Positions 48,489-59,452 are shown, numbered from the stretch's first letter. The stretch is DNA of 64,000 nucleotides from Sedimentisphaerales bacterium (GCA_963663965.2 CAXXFK010000006.1:128001-192000), one strand, 5' to 3'. Program-made: numbers and translations. Notes: a model not told the origin generated them from the letters alone.

Positions 48489-50942
48489 TTATTCATATGT
48501 GAATAGGACTGTCGCGATTGTATCCAAATCGCTGGTGGCGCGTATCCAGTAAGCGCTAAAGCCATCCGGGAAGGCATAGTCAACCGTCTTGCCTGCTTTA
48601 AGACTAAAAGCTCGATATGGCACCCATAATCCGGTTCCGTCAACATCTACTTCCAGGGTGATCGTCGCTTCGACAGATGAAGTTAATGCGACTTTCTTTT
48701 TATCGTAACCGGTCATCAGATAGGGGTCGGAGGGTTGGTGAGCCTTGATTTCCATGTCTTTCCAAGGTCCGCCGGTACCCCTGGGTTTGCCAAGTTTCCA
48801 CAGGTCGTCTACCACGCCTGCCCAAACGGCTGCTTTTCCGTCATCACTGCGGAAAATGTTTTTGCTTTGGGTCTTTGGATCGATGCCGGTAAATAGCAGC
48901 AGGCCCATATGAGAGCAAAAATCATGAATAATCAGGTTGTGCGTGGCGATCGGGCGAATCTTGGCCAGGCCTTGCGCGTTCCGGGCCGGCAGTTCATAAA
49001 AGGTTCCATTCATGTTCAATAAATCGCGCTCGGTGGCTACTTCCCGACACATCCGTGGTGTACCAAAAGGCATTTCAGCTTGTGTATGTTTCGGCAAACG
49101 ATACCGTTTATCATCTTCGACAATTAAAACAGAAGCGGCGTCCTCCTGATACACCTCCTTCGGCGGACTGGCTGCTTCAATCAAATTCTTCATTGCCGCG
49201 GCATCGTCAACAGGGACCAGTTGCATGTTCTGATTTAATTCATAATAACCGCAAGGCTTGCCATTGGTGTCAAACGCAGTCAGTCCGAGTTTGCTGTGAC
49301 TCAGGCTTCGCATCAGACCGCCGGAAGACGCGGGTTTTTCGATGGTAGCGACTCCGGCGAAAATCGTGTCGGCCAGGGTCGGGCGATTGTCTTTATTGCG
49401 ATAATGAAAGTGTGCTGTAACACCAATGGCCTCTTTGTCGGTTTTTATGCGAATCCATGCGCCGCGGTCTTTGCTGTTGAATATCCGGTTGACGGCGCCT
49501 TTGGCAGGGACCATTATTTCACACAGCGGAGTCCATTTATCCGTGCCGTTCCTGTCTATCTCAATCATGAAAGTCACCGCTGTTTCTGTTTTGTGGCTGA
49601 GATTTAACTGGCGATAATCATATCCTGAAAACAGATAGGGTTCACTGGCGACTCCCGCTTTGACAGCATCGCGCAGCCAGATGGAACCGCGGCCGATAAC
49701 CGGTCCCAACTGATCAAGCTGTTCGGGGCGAATAAACCAGAGATTGGAATTCGATTCCTTGGGGCCGCCATATTCAGACTTAAAAGACCGTTTATTATAA
49801 AATTCAGATTTGGCCGAATCATCGCAACCAAAGACGATATGGTCGTTTAATCGGCAGAAGTCTCCGATGACTTTCAAATAGTTGGAGCGTGGGGCAATCC
49901 CTGTGGAATGGTTCTTTGAAAAGGTTGCCGGAAACCGCCAAAAGGTGCCGTGCATGGTTGCCAGAAGATCTTTTTCTCCGATCTCGCGGATCCGCGGCCA
50001 TTCCGTATTCCAGCCATGCGATCCGTCATAACTGTGACTGCCTTTGGGCAACCGGTAATAATGCCATTCATTATTATCTAATAATGCCAAAATGAGTGAG
50101 CGAGCATCCCACCCCATGGACCAGATTGGATCTGTTTCAGGATTCCGGCTGCCGTAAATGCCGTCTGGGCCGGTAACCTCCGTAAACTGATTTCGCCGAA
50201 CAAGTTGCCAGTCGTCCTGGCCGAACCACTGGGCCAATGCTCCGGATGTCAGGGTGGGGTCAGTGGTTACATTGGAATGGCGCTCACCGTTGTTGGCATA
50301 GACAACCCGCCTCTGTCCCGAATACATACCTTTGCCATGGTAGCCGGGCAGTTTCGTTATGATGCCAGCGTCTGGAGCGCCTCTGTTCCCGTCCCGGATA
50401 ATACAGGTTACTTCCAAGGTGTTAACATCTACTTCGTAGAGCCCTTCTTCCATGGTGGCATAATAGATTTTGTTTTCAGGATCAGTCAGGTGGCGGGCGT
50501 TAGCGGTCAGGCGGCCAAACATTCTATCCGGCCCGAGAACACGGATATTCTTTTGATTATCAATCAGATATGGGCCGATAATCAGTTGTCCGGATTCCGT
50601 GTGGATCATACGGTTGGCTGGAGTCCCTCCAACACTGCCGGCAAATATTTTCTGCTGCAAATCCTTTGTTATCTCGTAGAGTTTATCGGTAGAGCCGCCC
50701 GGGCAGTGGGGGGCATAGGTGATGACCCATAAACTGTTCTGCCATGGCACAATGGCCCCGGCGCCACACTCCCCTTCGGCATTCCACATGGTCAGATGAG
50801 GGTAGATGCCGGAGATGTTCAATCGATCCTCAATGGAATGGGTTGCCCTGGGATTGCTGATAGCGGCAAGGCATATCGGTTGAATTAAAAGTGCAAAAGT
50901 CAAAAGCCATAGGTATAAAATTTGAATTCTGTTACAGGTCAT
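48489..50942 (-). CDS. Conserved secreted protein of unknown function ('SGIYPHL...GGTPANRMIH...EWPRIRE' family)
   Basis: Long ORF with signal peptide; collinear with the C-terminal ~750 aa of 59449-62970. Start placed at ATG 50942 after GGAG. Confidence 0.75.
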   Translation of the reverse strand: MTCNRIQILYLWLLTFALLIQPICLAAISNPRATHSIEDRLNISGIYPHLTMWNAEGECGAGAIVPWQNSLWVITYAPHCPGGSTDKLYEITKDLQQKIFAGSVGGTPANRMIHTESGQLIIGPYLIDNQKNIRVLGPDRMFGRLTANARHLTDPENKIYYATMEEGLYEVDVNTLEVTCIIRDGNRGAPDAGIITKLPGYHGKGMYSGQRRVVYANNGERHSNVTTDPTLTSGALAQWFGQDDWQLVRRNQFTEVTGPDGIYGSRNPETDPIWSMGWDARSLILALLDNNEWHYYRLPKGSHSYDGSHGWNTEWPRIREIGEKDLLATMHGTFWRFPATFSKNHSTGIAPRSNYLKVIGDFCRLNDHIVFGCDDSAKSEFYNKRSFKSEYGGPKESNSNLWFIRPEQLDQLGPVIGRGSIWLRDAVKAGVASEPYLFSGYDYRQLNLSHKTETAVTFMIEIDRNGTDKWTPLCEIMVPAKGAVNRIFNSKDRGAWIRIKTDKEAIGVTAHFHYRNKDNRPTLADTIFAGVATIEKPASSGGLMRSLSHSKLGLTAFDTNGKPCGYYELNQNMQLVPVDDAAAMKNLIEAASPPKEVYQEDAASVLIVEDDKRYRLPKHTQAEMPFGTPRMCREVATERDLLNMNGTFYELPARNAQGLAKIRPIATHNLIIHDFCSHMGLLLFTGIDPKTQSKNIFRSDDGKAAVWAGVVDDLWKLGKPRGTGGPWKDMEIKAHQPSDPYLMTGYDKKKVALTSSVEATITLEVDVDGTGLWVPYRAFSLKAGKTVDYAFPDGFSAYWIRATSDLDTIATVLFTYE

Positions 50943-51447
50943 TGGATCTCCTGATAATACCATGGATTGTTAATATTATTTGCTGATTAGTAAAAAGTTT
51001 TTTATCAATATACTCAAGTTCGCTTTGATCTCCATATTATAATAACATCAGGGTGTTGCAGGGCAATTCAATTTTTGGGGGTGCGGCATCATCCCTATCC
51101 GCTAGTACCCGTGTATTCCGATGAATTGCAGGGGCCAAAGTTGCCAATCGATCAATGGCTCTGGGTAAACATGCCTTTTCGCGCGTCCATTGTTGGCAGT
51201 CAGGATTGACTTTACCATAAGGTGGATGCAGATTTTTGCCCCTTGTCTTGCCCGAAATCGCCGGATCTTTGGTCAATCGGTTTGATTTTACGGCTACGGT
51301 TCGACGCGAGAGCCTGCTTTGGCATCAGATTTCTTCCGATATTCTGCCTAATCATAAGAGCGTACCCTGGCTCGAACATTCCCCGAAGCTGGAATAATGG
51401 GTGATGCCACATTATTCTTTATGGAATATGGTTGTTGTGGGATATAT

Positions 51448-51484
51448 AAGAAAAGCAGGCCGGCCATCAGGCTGGCCTGCTTTC
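51448..51484 (-). terminator. Rho-independent terminator
   Basis: AAAGCAGGCCGGCC-ATCA-GGCTGGCCTGCTTT hairpin followed by a U-tract on the minus strand, ~30 nt after the stop at 51514. Confidence 0.8.
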
Positions 51485-51513
51485 AAAAAGCTAAATTGAA
51501 ATCAAGCTGGGGA

Positions 51514-53577
51514 TTACTGGCAATTATCAACCGGGTAAACACCACAAGTGAGCCAGCCGGTGGTCATTTCAGCCAGGTCCAGCAGATTCACCACGCAGTC
51601 TCCGTTAATATCGCCTGGGCCAACCTTCTCAGGATAAAGACAGGGGGTGATATCTGGGTCTACCAGGCGGTTGTATTCATCAACCACATCCGCTGCGCTG
51701 ATGGCATAGTTGTAAATCCGCAGGTCGTCGATTGCGCCATTGAACCAGCGGTCGGGATGGTTTTCGGCCCGGCCAATCCAGATGGGATCATTAACGCCGG
51801 CGCCAAAAGTGAAGTTACCGGTACCCGCCTGCAAACCGTTGACATAGGCGCGTGTGACGTCAGATCCCACAGTCATGCAGATGAATTCCCATTGGTCAAC
51901 ATGAATGGTTACATTAGGACCATAACTGTTGTTGCGATACCACTGCAAGACGGCTTGATTATTGAGGGTACGCCATGACCAGCAATTGGTGGTGCCCCAG
52001 GAATCGGCTTTGCCGATAATACCCTGGTATCCCCCGACATTGGACATTTTGACCCAACAACTGACAGTAAGCTGGTTACTGGTGCTGGATGGATTCCAGG
52101 CGCCGGCGTTGGCGACACTGGCGGCATCCATCTGGATGGCATCACTGTCGATACCATCGACATAAGTCAGGACATGATTGGGATCAAGCAGCAAACCGTT
52201 GTGGTCTTCGGCCGAGTCGGTGTATATACCGGCCTGATCGGTGTCACGGTCAAATTTCCAATGGGCCATCAGCCGTTTAACGGTCAACGACGCCTTGTCA
52301 GAACCCGGATCGGCAGGACCGGCACCGTTTTGCGGCACGCAGTGATACCAGCCTTCATCGGCATTGTCAATGGCCAGAACCGTCAAGGCGTTGGTGTCGG
52401 CGCCGGTGTAGCCTGCGTCGCTGGCCAATATCAGCGTATCATTCTTGTACCACGCGTACGAGGCGGCGTCTGATGCCGTGACGCTGAAAGTCGCATCGAT
52501 GCCCGGATCGGCCAGAACGCTGACCGGCTGCTCGATCACTACCGGGGTAGGCGGCAGAGTGGTGAAGGACCAGATAGTCCCTTCAGTCATCAGGGGGGCG
52601 ATATCATTGGGTTCATAGGTGTCTACGCGCCAGTAATAAGTGGTGCCTTTGAGTAACGTGGTTCCCCAGGGACTGGTCGGGCTGGCGGGGTCGATCTCGG
52701 TGACATTTTGCATGTTGACCAGTTGTTTGCAAGTGGCGCCTGGGGTCAGGTTGGGATCAGTGCCGAACCAGACATCGTAATAGAGTACCGGGTACTCAGA
52801 CGGGATAAATTCCCATTTCAGCATGGTATCCAGCGGTACATTCTCCGAACCGGCACCGGCGCCCGGTTCAATCTGTAAAATGGTGGGTTTGTAATTGATT
52901 TGAATATTATCGACCCGCAGGGCATCGTTGGCGGAAGTGAACGCGAAATAGGTTGTTTCAGGCAGGGTAATCGTTGCCGTCATAGAACTGACGACGGTTC
53001 CGTCAGCTTTGGTTACATTATTGCTGAAAGTACCGGTAGTGCCGCTGGTGGGAACCCAGGTGAAAGCGCATTGATACCAGGTATTCCAGGAAATCTGGTT
53101 ACCCCCTTGAGCCAGAACGGGAGCGTTTCCTGACGGATAAGCGCTTTTTTGTATTACAGCGGGATATCCAGAACCATTATTCTGGTACTTTACATAGAAA
53201 AAGTCAGTAGTGTACCCGTTCAGGATATCGCCGAACAACATTATACCGTCGGTAAAAGCTCCTTCATCCTCCAGTTTGAAATCATAGCTGCCATTGATGG
53301 CCAGCGCCGGATTGAGTCCGGTCGTGTTGAGCAGGTATCCCGGAGCGTAGATCGAGTTAACGACGACATCGCATTTAACGCGCCCGACATTGCCGCCATT
53401 GTCCGCAACCACCTCATAGTAGGTTCCGGCCTGACTGACTACATTGACGAAAGTCCAGCCGGCCGGCGGTTCGTTTTTGGAAGGGATCGCCTGACCCTCA
53501 AAATCCTCGCTGAAACCCCATACTGCCGGACTGGCAACCAATAAAGCCCAAATCAAAAATCGCACATTCTTCTTCAT
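51514..53577 (-). CDS. Secreted lectin-like + Ig + LamG domain protein with dockerin-like C-terminus
   Basis: Ig 'YAWYKN...DEGWYHC'; LamG 'LTVSCWVK...YVNG...FNGAIDDLRIYNYA'; C-terminal 'GDINGDCVVNLLDLAEMTTGWL'. Start placed at ATG 53577 after GGAGG. Confidence 0.82.
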   Translation of the reverse strand: MKKNVRFLIWALLVASPAVWGFSEDFEGQAIPSKNEPPAGWTFVNVVSQAGTYYEVVADNGGNVGRVKCDVVVNSIYAPGYLLNTTGLNPALAINGSYDFKLEDEGAFTDGIMLFGDILNGYTTDFFYVKYQNNGSGYPAVIQKSAYPSGNAPVLAQGGNQISWNTWYQCAFTWVPTSGTTGTFSNNVTKADGTVVSSMTATITLPETTYFAFTSANDALRVDNIQINYKPTILQIEPGAGAGSENVPLDTMLKWEFIPSEYPVLYYDVWFGTDPNLTPGATCKQLVNMQNVTEIDPASPTSPWGTTLLKGTTYYWRVDTYEPNDIAPLMTEGTIWSFTTLPPTPVVIEQPVSVLADPGIDATFSVTASDAASYAWYKNDTLILASDAGYTGADTNALTVLAIDNADEGWYHCVPQNGAGPADPGSDKASLTVKRLMAHWKFDRDTDQAGIYTDSAEDHNGLLLDPNHVLTYVDGIDSDAIQMDAASVANAGAWNPSSTSNQLTVSCWVKMSNVGGYQGIIGKADSWGTTNCWSWRTLNNQAVLQWYRNNSYGPNVTIHVDQWEFICMTVGSDVTRAYVNGLQAGTGNFTFGAGVNDPIWIGRAENHPDRWFNGAIDDLRIYNYAISAADVVDEYNRLVDPDITPCLYPEKVGPGDINGDCVVNLLDLAEMTTGWLTCGVYPVDNCQ

Positions 53578-53702
53578 ACTTGCGTCCTCCAAAAAATTGG
53601 ATAAGAGATTAATAAATGCTCAAGTATAACTACATTCCTGCATGCAGGATTAAATGGCATTTGTTCAGTCTAACGGTACCTTACGTGTTCAAATGTATCT
53701 GA

Positions 53703-53770
53703 AGTATAAGGTCATTTCGGTTGTACAGCAACGCCATATTGCGAAAAATAATCGCCAAAATGCGAACGCC
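53703..53770 (-). promoter_or_regulatory. Putative XylR/AraC-type operator (two TTCGCA-N4-GG repeats, 21-bp period) plus -10 box TATACT
   Basis: Minus-strand TTCGCA starting at 53766 and 53745; TATACT starts 37 nt after the second repeat; same geometry as 55043-55106. Confidence 0.7.
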
Positions 53771-53844
53771 AAGGGGCGTTATAGTATAAGGAGGGATGGC
53801 AGGTTCTGAAATGAAGGAGGGGGAAACAGGGCCGAATATTCGGA

Positions 53845-54996
53845 TCATATACGGTGAATTTTGCGGTATTGAAGTGGGGTGATCCCCATAATTTTGCTGA
53901 AGGAGCGGGAAAAATGGTTATCGGACGGATAGCCGGCGTTGCGGGCGATTTCCGCAATCGACAGGTTAGTTGAGACCAGCATCTCGGCCACCAGGTGCAA
54001 TTTAACCGATACGATTTCGTCATAGATTGATCTTTTCAATAGTTGTCGAAATCGCTTTTCAAGAATTCGTCGCGACAGACAGGTGGCCCGTACCACATTG
54101 TCCACCCCAATTGGCTCGCGGGCATGATTGCGTATAAAATTAATGGCGGCAGCAAGTTCGGGATCTTCTATGGCGAGAATATGGGTGGATTGACGCGTTA
54201 CGACATGAGTTGGCAGGGTAACGATTTCCAATTCGCCGACCGACTTGCCACACATCATACGATCCAGCAATTCGGCGGCCAGAAAACCAGTCTTTTCAAA
54301 ATCCAGCACGATACTAGACAGCGGTGGATCAGACAATTCACAGATTTGCGGATCGTTGTCAACTCCCAGAACAGCCACTTCTTCAGGAATGTTAATTCCG
54401 GTGATTTTCCCTGCCTCCACAATCTGGCGGGCCCGGTCATCATTACAGGTAAACAAGCCAATCGGCTTGGGTAATGACTGGAGCCATTTAGCCAGTTGGC
54501 CCTGTTCCGTCTGGACTGATATGCGTCGTTGGTAATGTGGCGATTGATAGATTTCAACGGAATAACCAGCCTGACGTACCTGTTTTTCAAATAAGGTTTT
54601 CCGTTCATCTGACCAATCCACCTGATTAAAACCACAAAAGGCAAATCGGGTAAATCCACGTTGGATAAAATGTTGACAAGCCATCGTGACAATTTTGCCG
54701 GAATCGGCAGAGATGTGGGGACAGTTGGGAATGGTCAGACCACGGGTTACCGCAGGCAAACCGCTGGCGATGATTTTGCGGGCAGTGGTATCAGTGGGAT
54801 TATGAGCGATGATGCCATGAGCCCCCCAATTTTTCAGTTTAGGAATGGAGTTTTGGCGGCCACCCGGATCGCTATAAAATGACCAGGGGCCATGCAGCCG
54901 GGAATAGCGGGCTATCCCGCAGGCCAGCGAGCGATCCACGCCTCGGGCCATCTCCAAAATCAATATCACTTTTTTTACGTCGGCCATATTTGCCAA
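53845..54996 (-). CDS. XylR-type regulator (periplasmic-binding-protein-like domain + AraC HTH)
   Basis: 'LPKPIGLFTCNDDRA', 'IPEEVAVLGVDND', 'PPLSS', 'VVTRQST', C-terminal AraC HTH. Confidence 0.92.
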   Translation of the reverse strand: MANMADVKKVILILEMARGVDRSLACGIARYSRLHGPWSFYSDPGGRQNSIPKLKNWGAHGIIAHNPTDTTARKIIASGLPAVTRGLTIPNCPHISADSGKIVTMACQHFIQRGFTRFAFCGFNQVDWSDERKTLFEKQVRQAGYSVEIYQSPHYQRRISVQTEQGQLAKWLQSLPKPIGLFTCNDDRARQIVEAGKITGINIPEEVAVLGVDNDPQICELSDPPLSSIVLDFEKTGFLAAELLDRMMCGKSVGELEIVTLPTHVVTRQSTHILAIEDPELAAAINFIRNHAREPIGVDNVVRATCLSRRILEKRFRQLLKRSIYDEIVSVKLHLVAEMLVSTNLSIAEIARNAGYPSDNHFSRSFSKIMGITPLQYRKIHRI

Positions 54997-55042
54997 TATA
55001 TCTCTTTAGCCAGATAAAGTCCAGTTATTAATTCATTTTATA

Positions 55043-55106
55043 TTCGCAAATTGGAGAAAATGTTTCGCAAAGTGGTGTGGTTTTCTCAGAGGAAATGGCG
55101 CATAAT
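55043..55106 (+). promoter_or_regulatory. Putative XylR/AraC-type operator (two TTCGCA-N4-GG repeats, 21-bp period) plus -10 box CATAAT
   Basis: TTCGCA at 55043 and 55064; CATAAT at 55101, 37 nt after the second repeat. Confidence 0.7.
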
Positions 55107-55194
55107 ACATATGTAAATCTACGATTTTGTTATTAATAAAACCGGCAAGCTGGCAACTGCAAAGCCAATAGAGCTATCGTTTGAGGGACTTGAT

Positions 55195-56022
55195 ATGAGA
55201 CAAAACTAGGTTTTGCCTTAATTGAGCTTTTGGTGGTGATTTCGATTATCACCTTGCTGGTGCCGATTTTAATGCCGGCATTGGGCAAGGAACGTGACTA
55301 GGCCAAGAATTCATTGTCTGGCCAATATGCATCAATGGGGAGTGATATTCAACATGTATACAAATGACTACGATGGCTCCTTCATGCGAGGCTATGTCAA
55401 TGGTCTGGCTGATGTCGTCGATATGTGGGTGTATGCCACACAAAAATATTATCATGATCCCAAAATTTTATTATGTTCACGTGCTGACAAGACTGAATAT
55501 GAAGAGGGGCGACTGCCTTGGGCGACCTGGTATTTCAACAACGATCCAACCCTGAGACCAAGCTTTTATAATAGTCCCTTGTCCCAACCGGGCAGCAAAT
55601 TGATTAATATCCCAGGGAGCTATGGTATCAATTGGTTTATTAACAATCGTAATGTCGATGCAGGTGTTTATAAACACACGTTAAACTGGAAAAAATCCAA
55701 TCAAAGGAACGGTAATAATATTCCGGTTCTGCCCGATGCTGGATTTCCACTGGCCCGTCCGAGTGACACTGACAGCCCCAGTGGAGATGAAAAGGGTGAT
55801 TATATCTGGCCCCCGACAGGCGGTGAAATAAACCGTGTATGTCATAACCGACATTTCGGGGGAGTGAACGTTTTATTTCTGGACTGGTCGGTCCGCAGAG
55901 TATCGGTCAAGGAGCTATGGACACTAAAGTGTCATCGGGAGTTTGACACCCAATCTTGGAGTACTGTCCCATGGAAATGGCCCGACTGGATGAACAAAGT
56001 GGATGGATCGCTGTCCAAATAA
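55195..56022 (+). pseudogene. Prepilin-type N-terminal cleavage/methylation + H-X9-DG-like protein, disrupted
   Basis: Out-of-frame 'GFALIELLVVISIITLLVPILMPALGKERD*AK' at ~55209-55307 upstream of 'HCLANMHQW'; C-terminal 'RHFGGVNVLFLDWSV'. Two frameshifts and one TAG are needed to join it to ATG 55195. Confidence 0.8.
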
Positions 56023-56209
56023 TGGTTGGCTAAATGTGAAGACCATTTTGACTGGAATTTATGGCGAGTATCTTGCTTGCCAAATGTCCGACCAAGCCAT
56101 AGAATGAGGAGCGATCCCAATGCCGTTAAAATGACGATTCTTTTTTCTGATTGCCTATACCCATAAATGAAAAGAGAATAACCGGTTTGATTTTAACAAA
56201 GGATTTGTT

Positions 56210-58425
56210 GTGTTAATTTTGGTAAAACCGACTGATAAAAACAAACTTAAAACCGTTAACCTGACCTGCGATCTGGCCATTGCCGGCGGCGGTTTGGCGG
56301 GTGTTTGCTGCGCAATTACAGCGGCCCGCGCCGGACTCAATGTGGTGTTAATTCAAGACCGTCCGGTTCTGGGGGGCAATTCTTCCAGTGAGGTACGGCT
56401 CTGGGCCCTGGGTGCAACCTCCCATATGGGCAATAACAACCGCTGGGCGCGAGAAGGTGGGTTGATCGATGAAATTTTGGTCGAGAATTTATATCGCAAT
56501 TCCGAGGGCAATCCGGTTCTTTACGACACTGTATTGTTGGAAAAGGTAATGGAAGAGTCCAATATTACCCTGCTGTTGAATACCGCTGTTTACGACCTGG
56601 AAAAGTCGGGCCCAGATACCATTCAGACGCTTTTGGCGTTCTGCCCTCAGAATTCCACCCGTTACGAAGTAAGATCACCGCGATTTTGCGATGCCAGTGG
56701 CGACGGGATTGTGGGGTTTCTGGCGGGGGCGGCGTTTCGCATGGGGGCAGAAACCCTGGCGGAGTTTGGCGAGAAGTTCGCACCCTCGCAGGAATATGGT
56801 GCCCTGATGGGCCACTCGATCTTCTTTTATTCCAAGGATATTGGGGTGCCGGTCAACTATGTGCCGCCCAGTTTTGCATTGAAAGACATCACCCAGATAC
56901 CGCGTTATCGTCATTTCAAGAAAAACGAGCATGGCTGCCAGTTGTGGTGGATTAAATACGGGGGCCGGCTGGATACCATTCACGACAGCGAAGCGATCAA
57001 GTGGGAACTCTGGAAGATTGTTTACGGGGTTTGGGATTACATCAAAAACTCAGGTGAGTTTCCAGACGCGCGGACCATGACCCTGGAATGGGTGGGTACC
57101 ATACCGGGCAAACGGGAAAGTCGCCGGTACGAGGGCGATACCATTCTAACCCAGTTGGACATTGTCGAGCAACGTACCCATTACGACTCGGTTTCGTATG
57201 GCGGGTGGGCGATCGATCTGCATCCGGCCGACGGGATTTACAGTAACAAGCCAGGTTGCGATCAATGGCATTCCAAGGGGATCTATCAGATTCCCTACCG
57301 CTGTCTCTACAGCCGTAATATCGCCAATCTGTTTCTGGCGGGTCGGATTATCAGCGCTTCCCATGTTGCTTGTGGTTCGACACGTGTGATGATGACCTGC
57401 GCACATAACGCCCAAGCAGTGGCAATGGCGGCGGTTCTCTGCAAGCGGGACAATCTGCTTCCACGCGATCTGAGCGCGCCGGAGCGGATCGGAACATTGC
57501 AACGGGAATTGCTAAAGCGGGGTCAATATATTCCCGGAATACGTCTTAACGACCCTGAGGACCTGGTACGAATGGCATTGATATCGGTCAGTAGCGAATA
57601 TCGGTTGGACGTTTTGTCGCCGAATGGCCCCTGGCTACCTCTGAACGATTCCCGGGCCATGTTGCTGCGGTCAAGCCAGGCAAAATATCCCGATTTCACC
57701 TTCTCGTTCAGGTCGCCCATCCGGCAGAACTTGAATGTGAACTGCGAGTATGCAGCCGCGTTGACAGTTTTACGCCGGACACCATTTTGGAAACCGTTCG
57801 AGTCGCCCTCAAGCCTGAAATTCAGCATGACAAAGTGATGGTGGTCAGTCCTGTCACCAATCGGAAGGCTCAGGCCCCAGAATCGATGGACAATCACCCG
57901 GTCCAGATGGAAATTGCGGAAAGCACAGATTTAATCCGGGTGCCCAAGACCGCCGTTCAAACCATGACGATCGAATTTTCCACCCGGATCGAAACAGAGC
58001 AATATGCATTTGTCTGTCTTAAGGCGAACCGGGATGTCTCGGTGGCCACCGGCCAGATGCGGGTGACTGGAATCATGGCGCTGGCTTTTCAATCCAATGA
58101 CCGGGTCAGTAAAAACATGGTACAGAAACCTGAGGGCGATATCGGGGTTGACACCCTGGAATTCTGGATTCCCCAGCGTTATCCCGAAGGGCGCAATTTG
58201 GCCATACGATTCGATGAGCCGCTTGCCGGTTTTGGTCTGGACAATCTTATCAACGGCATTATCCGCCCGGTCGGCCGGCCCAATGCGTGGGTGGCCGATT
58301 CCGCCGATCGACAGCCTACCCTGACGCTAAGCTGGATTGAGCCTCAGGCGATTCGGCGCATCGAGCTGGATCATCCCGGCAGTGGATGGCCGGCCGCTTT
58401 GTTTGAGGTTCGCTGTTATGCCTGA
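56210..58425 (+). pseudogene. FAD-dependent oxidoreductase (FAD_oxidored type), frameshifted
   Basis: GGGLAG, 'DRPVLGGNSSSE', 'GKRESRR', 'IPYRCLYS', 'STRVM'. Frame switch near 57668 (CTG CGG to CTG CCG G restores MLLPVKPGK...FTPDTILETVRV, continuing into ORF 57787-58425). Confidence 0.78.
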
Positions 58426-58534
58426 TCGGCAGTGCCGGGCCCGACATAGGTTTTTTCTGGCAGATTCCCTGTCCAAACTATTGACTGTTTGACGCTGGAT
58501 CTTTACAGGATCTGGTTCACAGGACTACTATAGC

Positions 58535-59452
58535 ATGCAAGTTTCTGATTATATTGTTCTGATTTGTTACCTGCTGGGTATACTGGCGGTGGGGATGGTT
58601 TTCACCGGCAAGAATAAGAGCGCTTCGGATATGTTTGCTGCCGGCGGCCAGTCGCCCTGGTGGACCAGTGGTCTCAGCGCTTTTATGACCATGTTCTCGG
58701 CCACTGCCAGTATGGTCAGTTCCCAGTTAAATGTCTTTTCCGGCGTGCTCACCAGCGATATCTATCGGCCGTTCAAATCATTGGCGCCATCTGATGCCCA
58801 TAGGGTTTGGGCCGGCCGGTTCTTTACTATTCTGCTGGGTATCTTGCTGATCGGGCTCGCTTTGCTGATTCGGCATCTGGGCGGCGCCGAAAAGGTGATT
58901 GTGTCGATTACCGAAATCATGTCGGTAGCCCTGCTCGCGCCGACTCTCTGGGGGCTTTTCAGCCGCAGGGTCAACAGCAGTGCGGTCTGGATTACTGCCG
59001 CCGTCGGTTTTCCGGTTGGTTTCCTGGTGAGGTTTGGTTTGGCGCAGGATGGTTTTCTGGCCGATACCCCCGCTTTTTCCGGTCTGGCCGCCTGGGTTCA
59101 AGCCAATATGTCAACGGCCAAAACCTTTACCGGCGTTGTTTTGCCGTTGGTCATTCTTGCGGTCATTCAGATGGGGGCCGCACAGCGGATGGATGAAGTT
59201 TTTTTACGAATTCAGCAATTAGGAACCGCCGAATTGGCGCTGGAAAGCAATGGGCGCGTCAAGGCCAGCCGGCTGCCGGCCATTGTTGTTGCCTGGAGCA
59301 TCGGGCTCTGCGGTCTGATGATGGCGGTCCTGGCTGTCGTTGATGGCGATTCCGTTCGGATTATGGGGATCGTTGCCGCGGCGTTGTTCATTATAACCGC
59401 GGCTATTGGACTGGGTGTGAAACTGTTACCGAAGGAAACGAAAGGAAAATGA
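58535..59452 (+). pseudogene. SSS-family symporter with a large in-frame internal deletion
   Basis: N-terminal 'MFAAGGQSPWWTSGLSAFMTMFSA' joined directly to the late SSS motif 'TASMVSSQLNVFSGVLTSDIY'. 305 aa versus 587 aa for the intact SSS at 2147. Confidence 0.75.

Noticed and set aside
51000..51450. Short ORFs or possible element remnant in the ~450-nt intergenic gap
   Set aside because: No recognisable protein motif, repeat or copy of the palindromic family.
53636..53649. Perfect 14-bp palindrome TCCTGCATGCAGGA in the leader of the LamG gene
   Set aside because: Single occurrence with no second copy noticed; cannot be separated from chance.
9699..55301. TAG-to-Gln recoding or amber readthrough (in-frame TAG at plausible CAG positions in the transposase and pilin-like genes)
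   Set aside because: Both genes also carry frameshifts, long intact genes contain no internal TAG, and TAG is the normal stop of the GH29 gene at 19221-19223. C-to-T decay is simpler.
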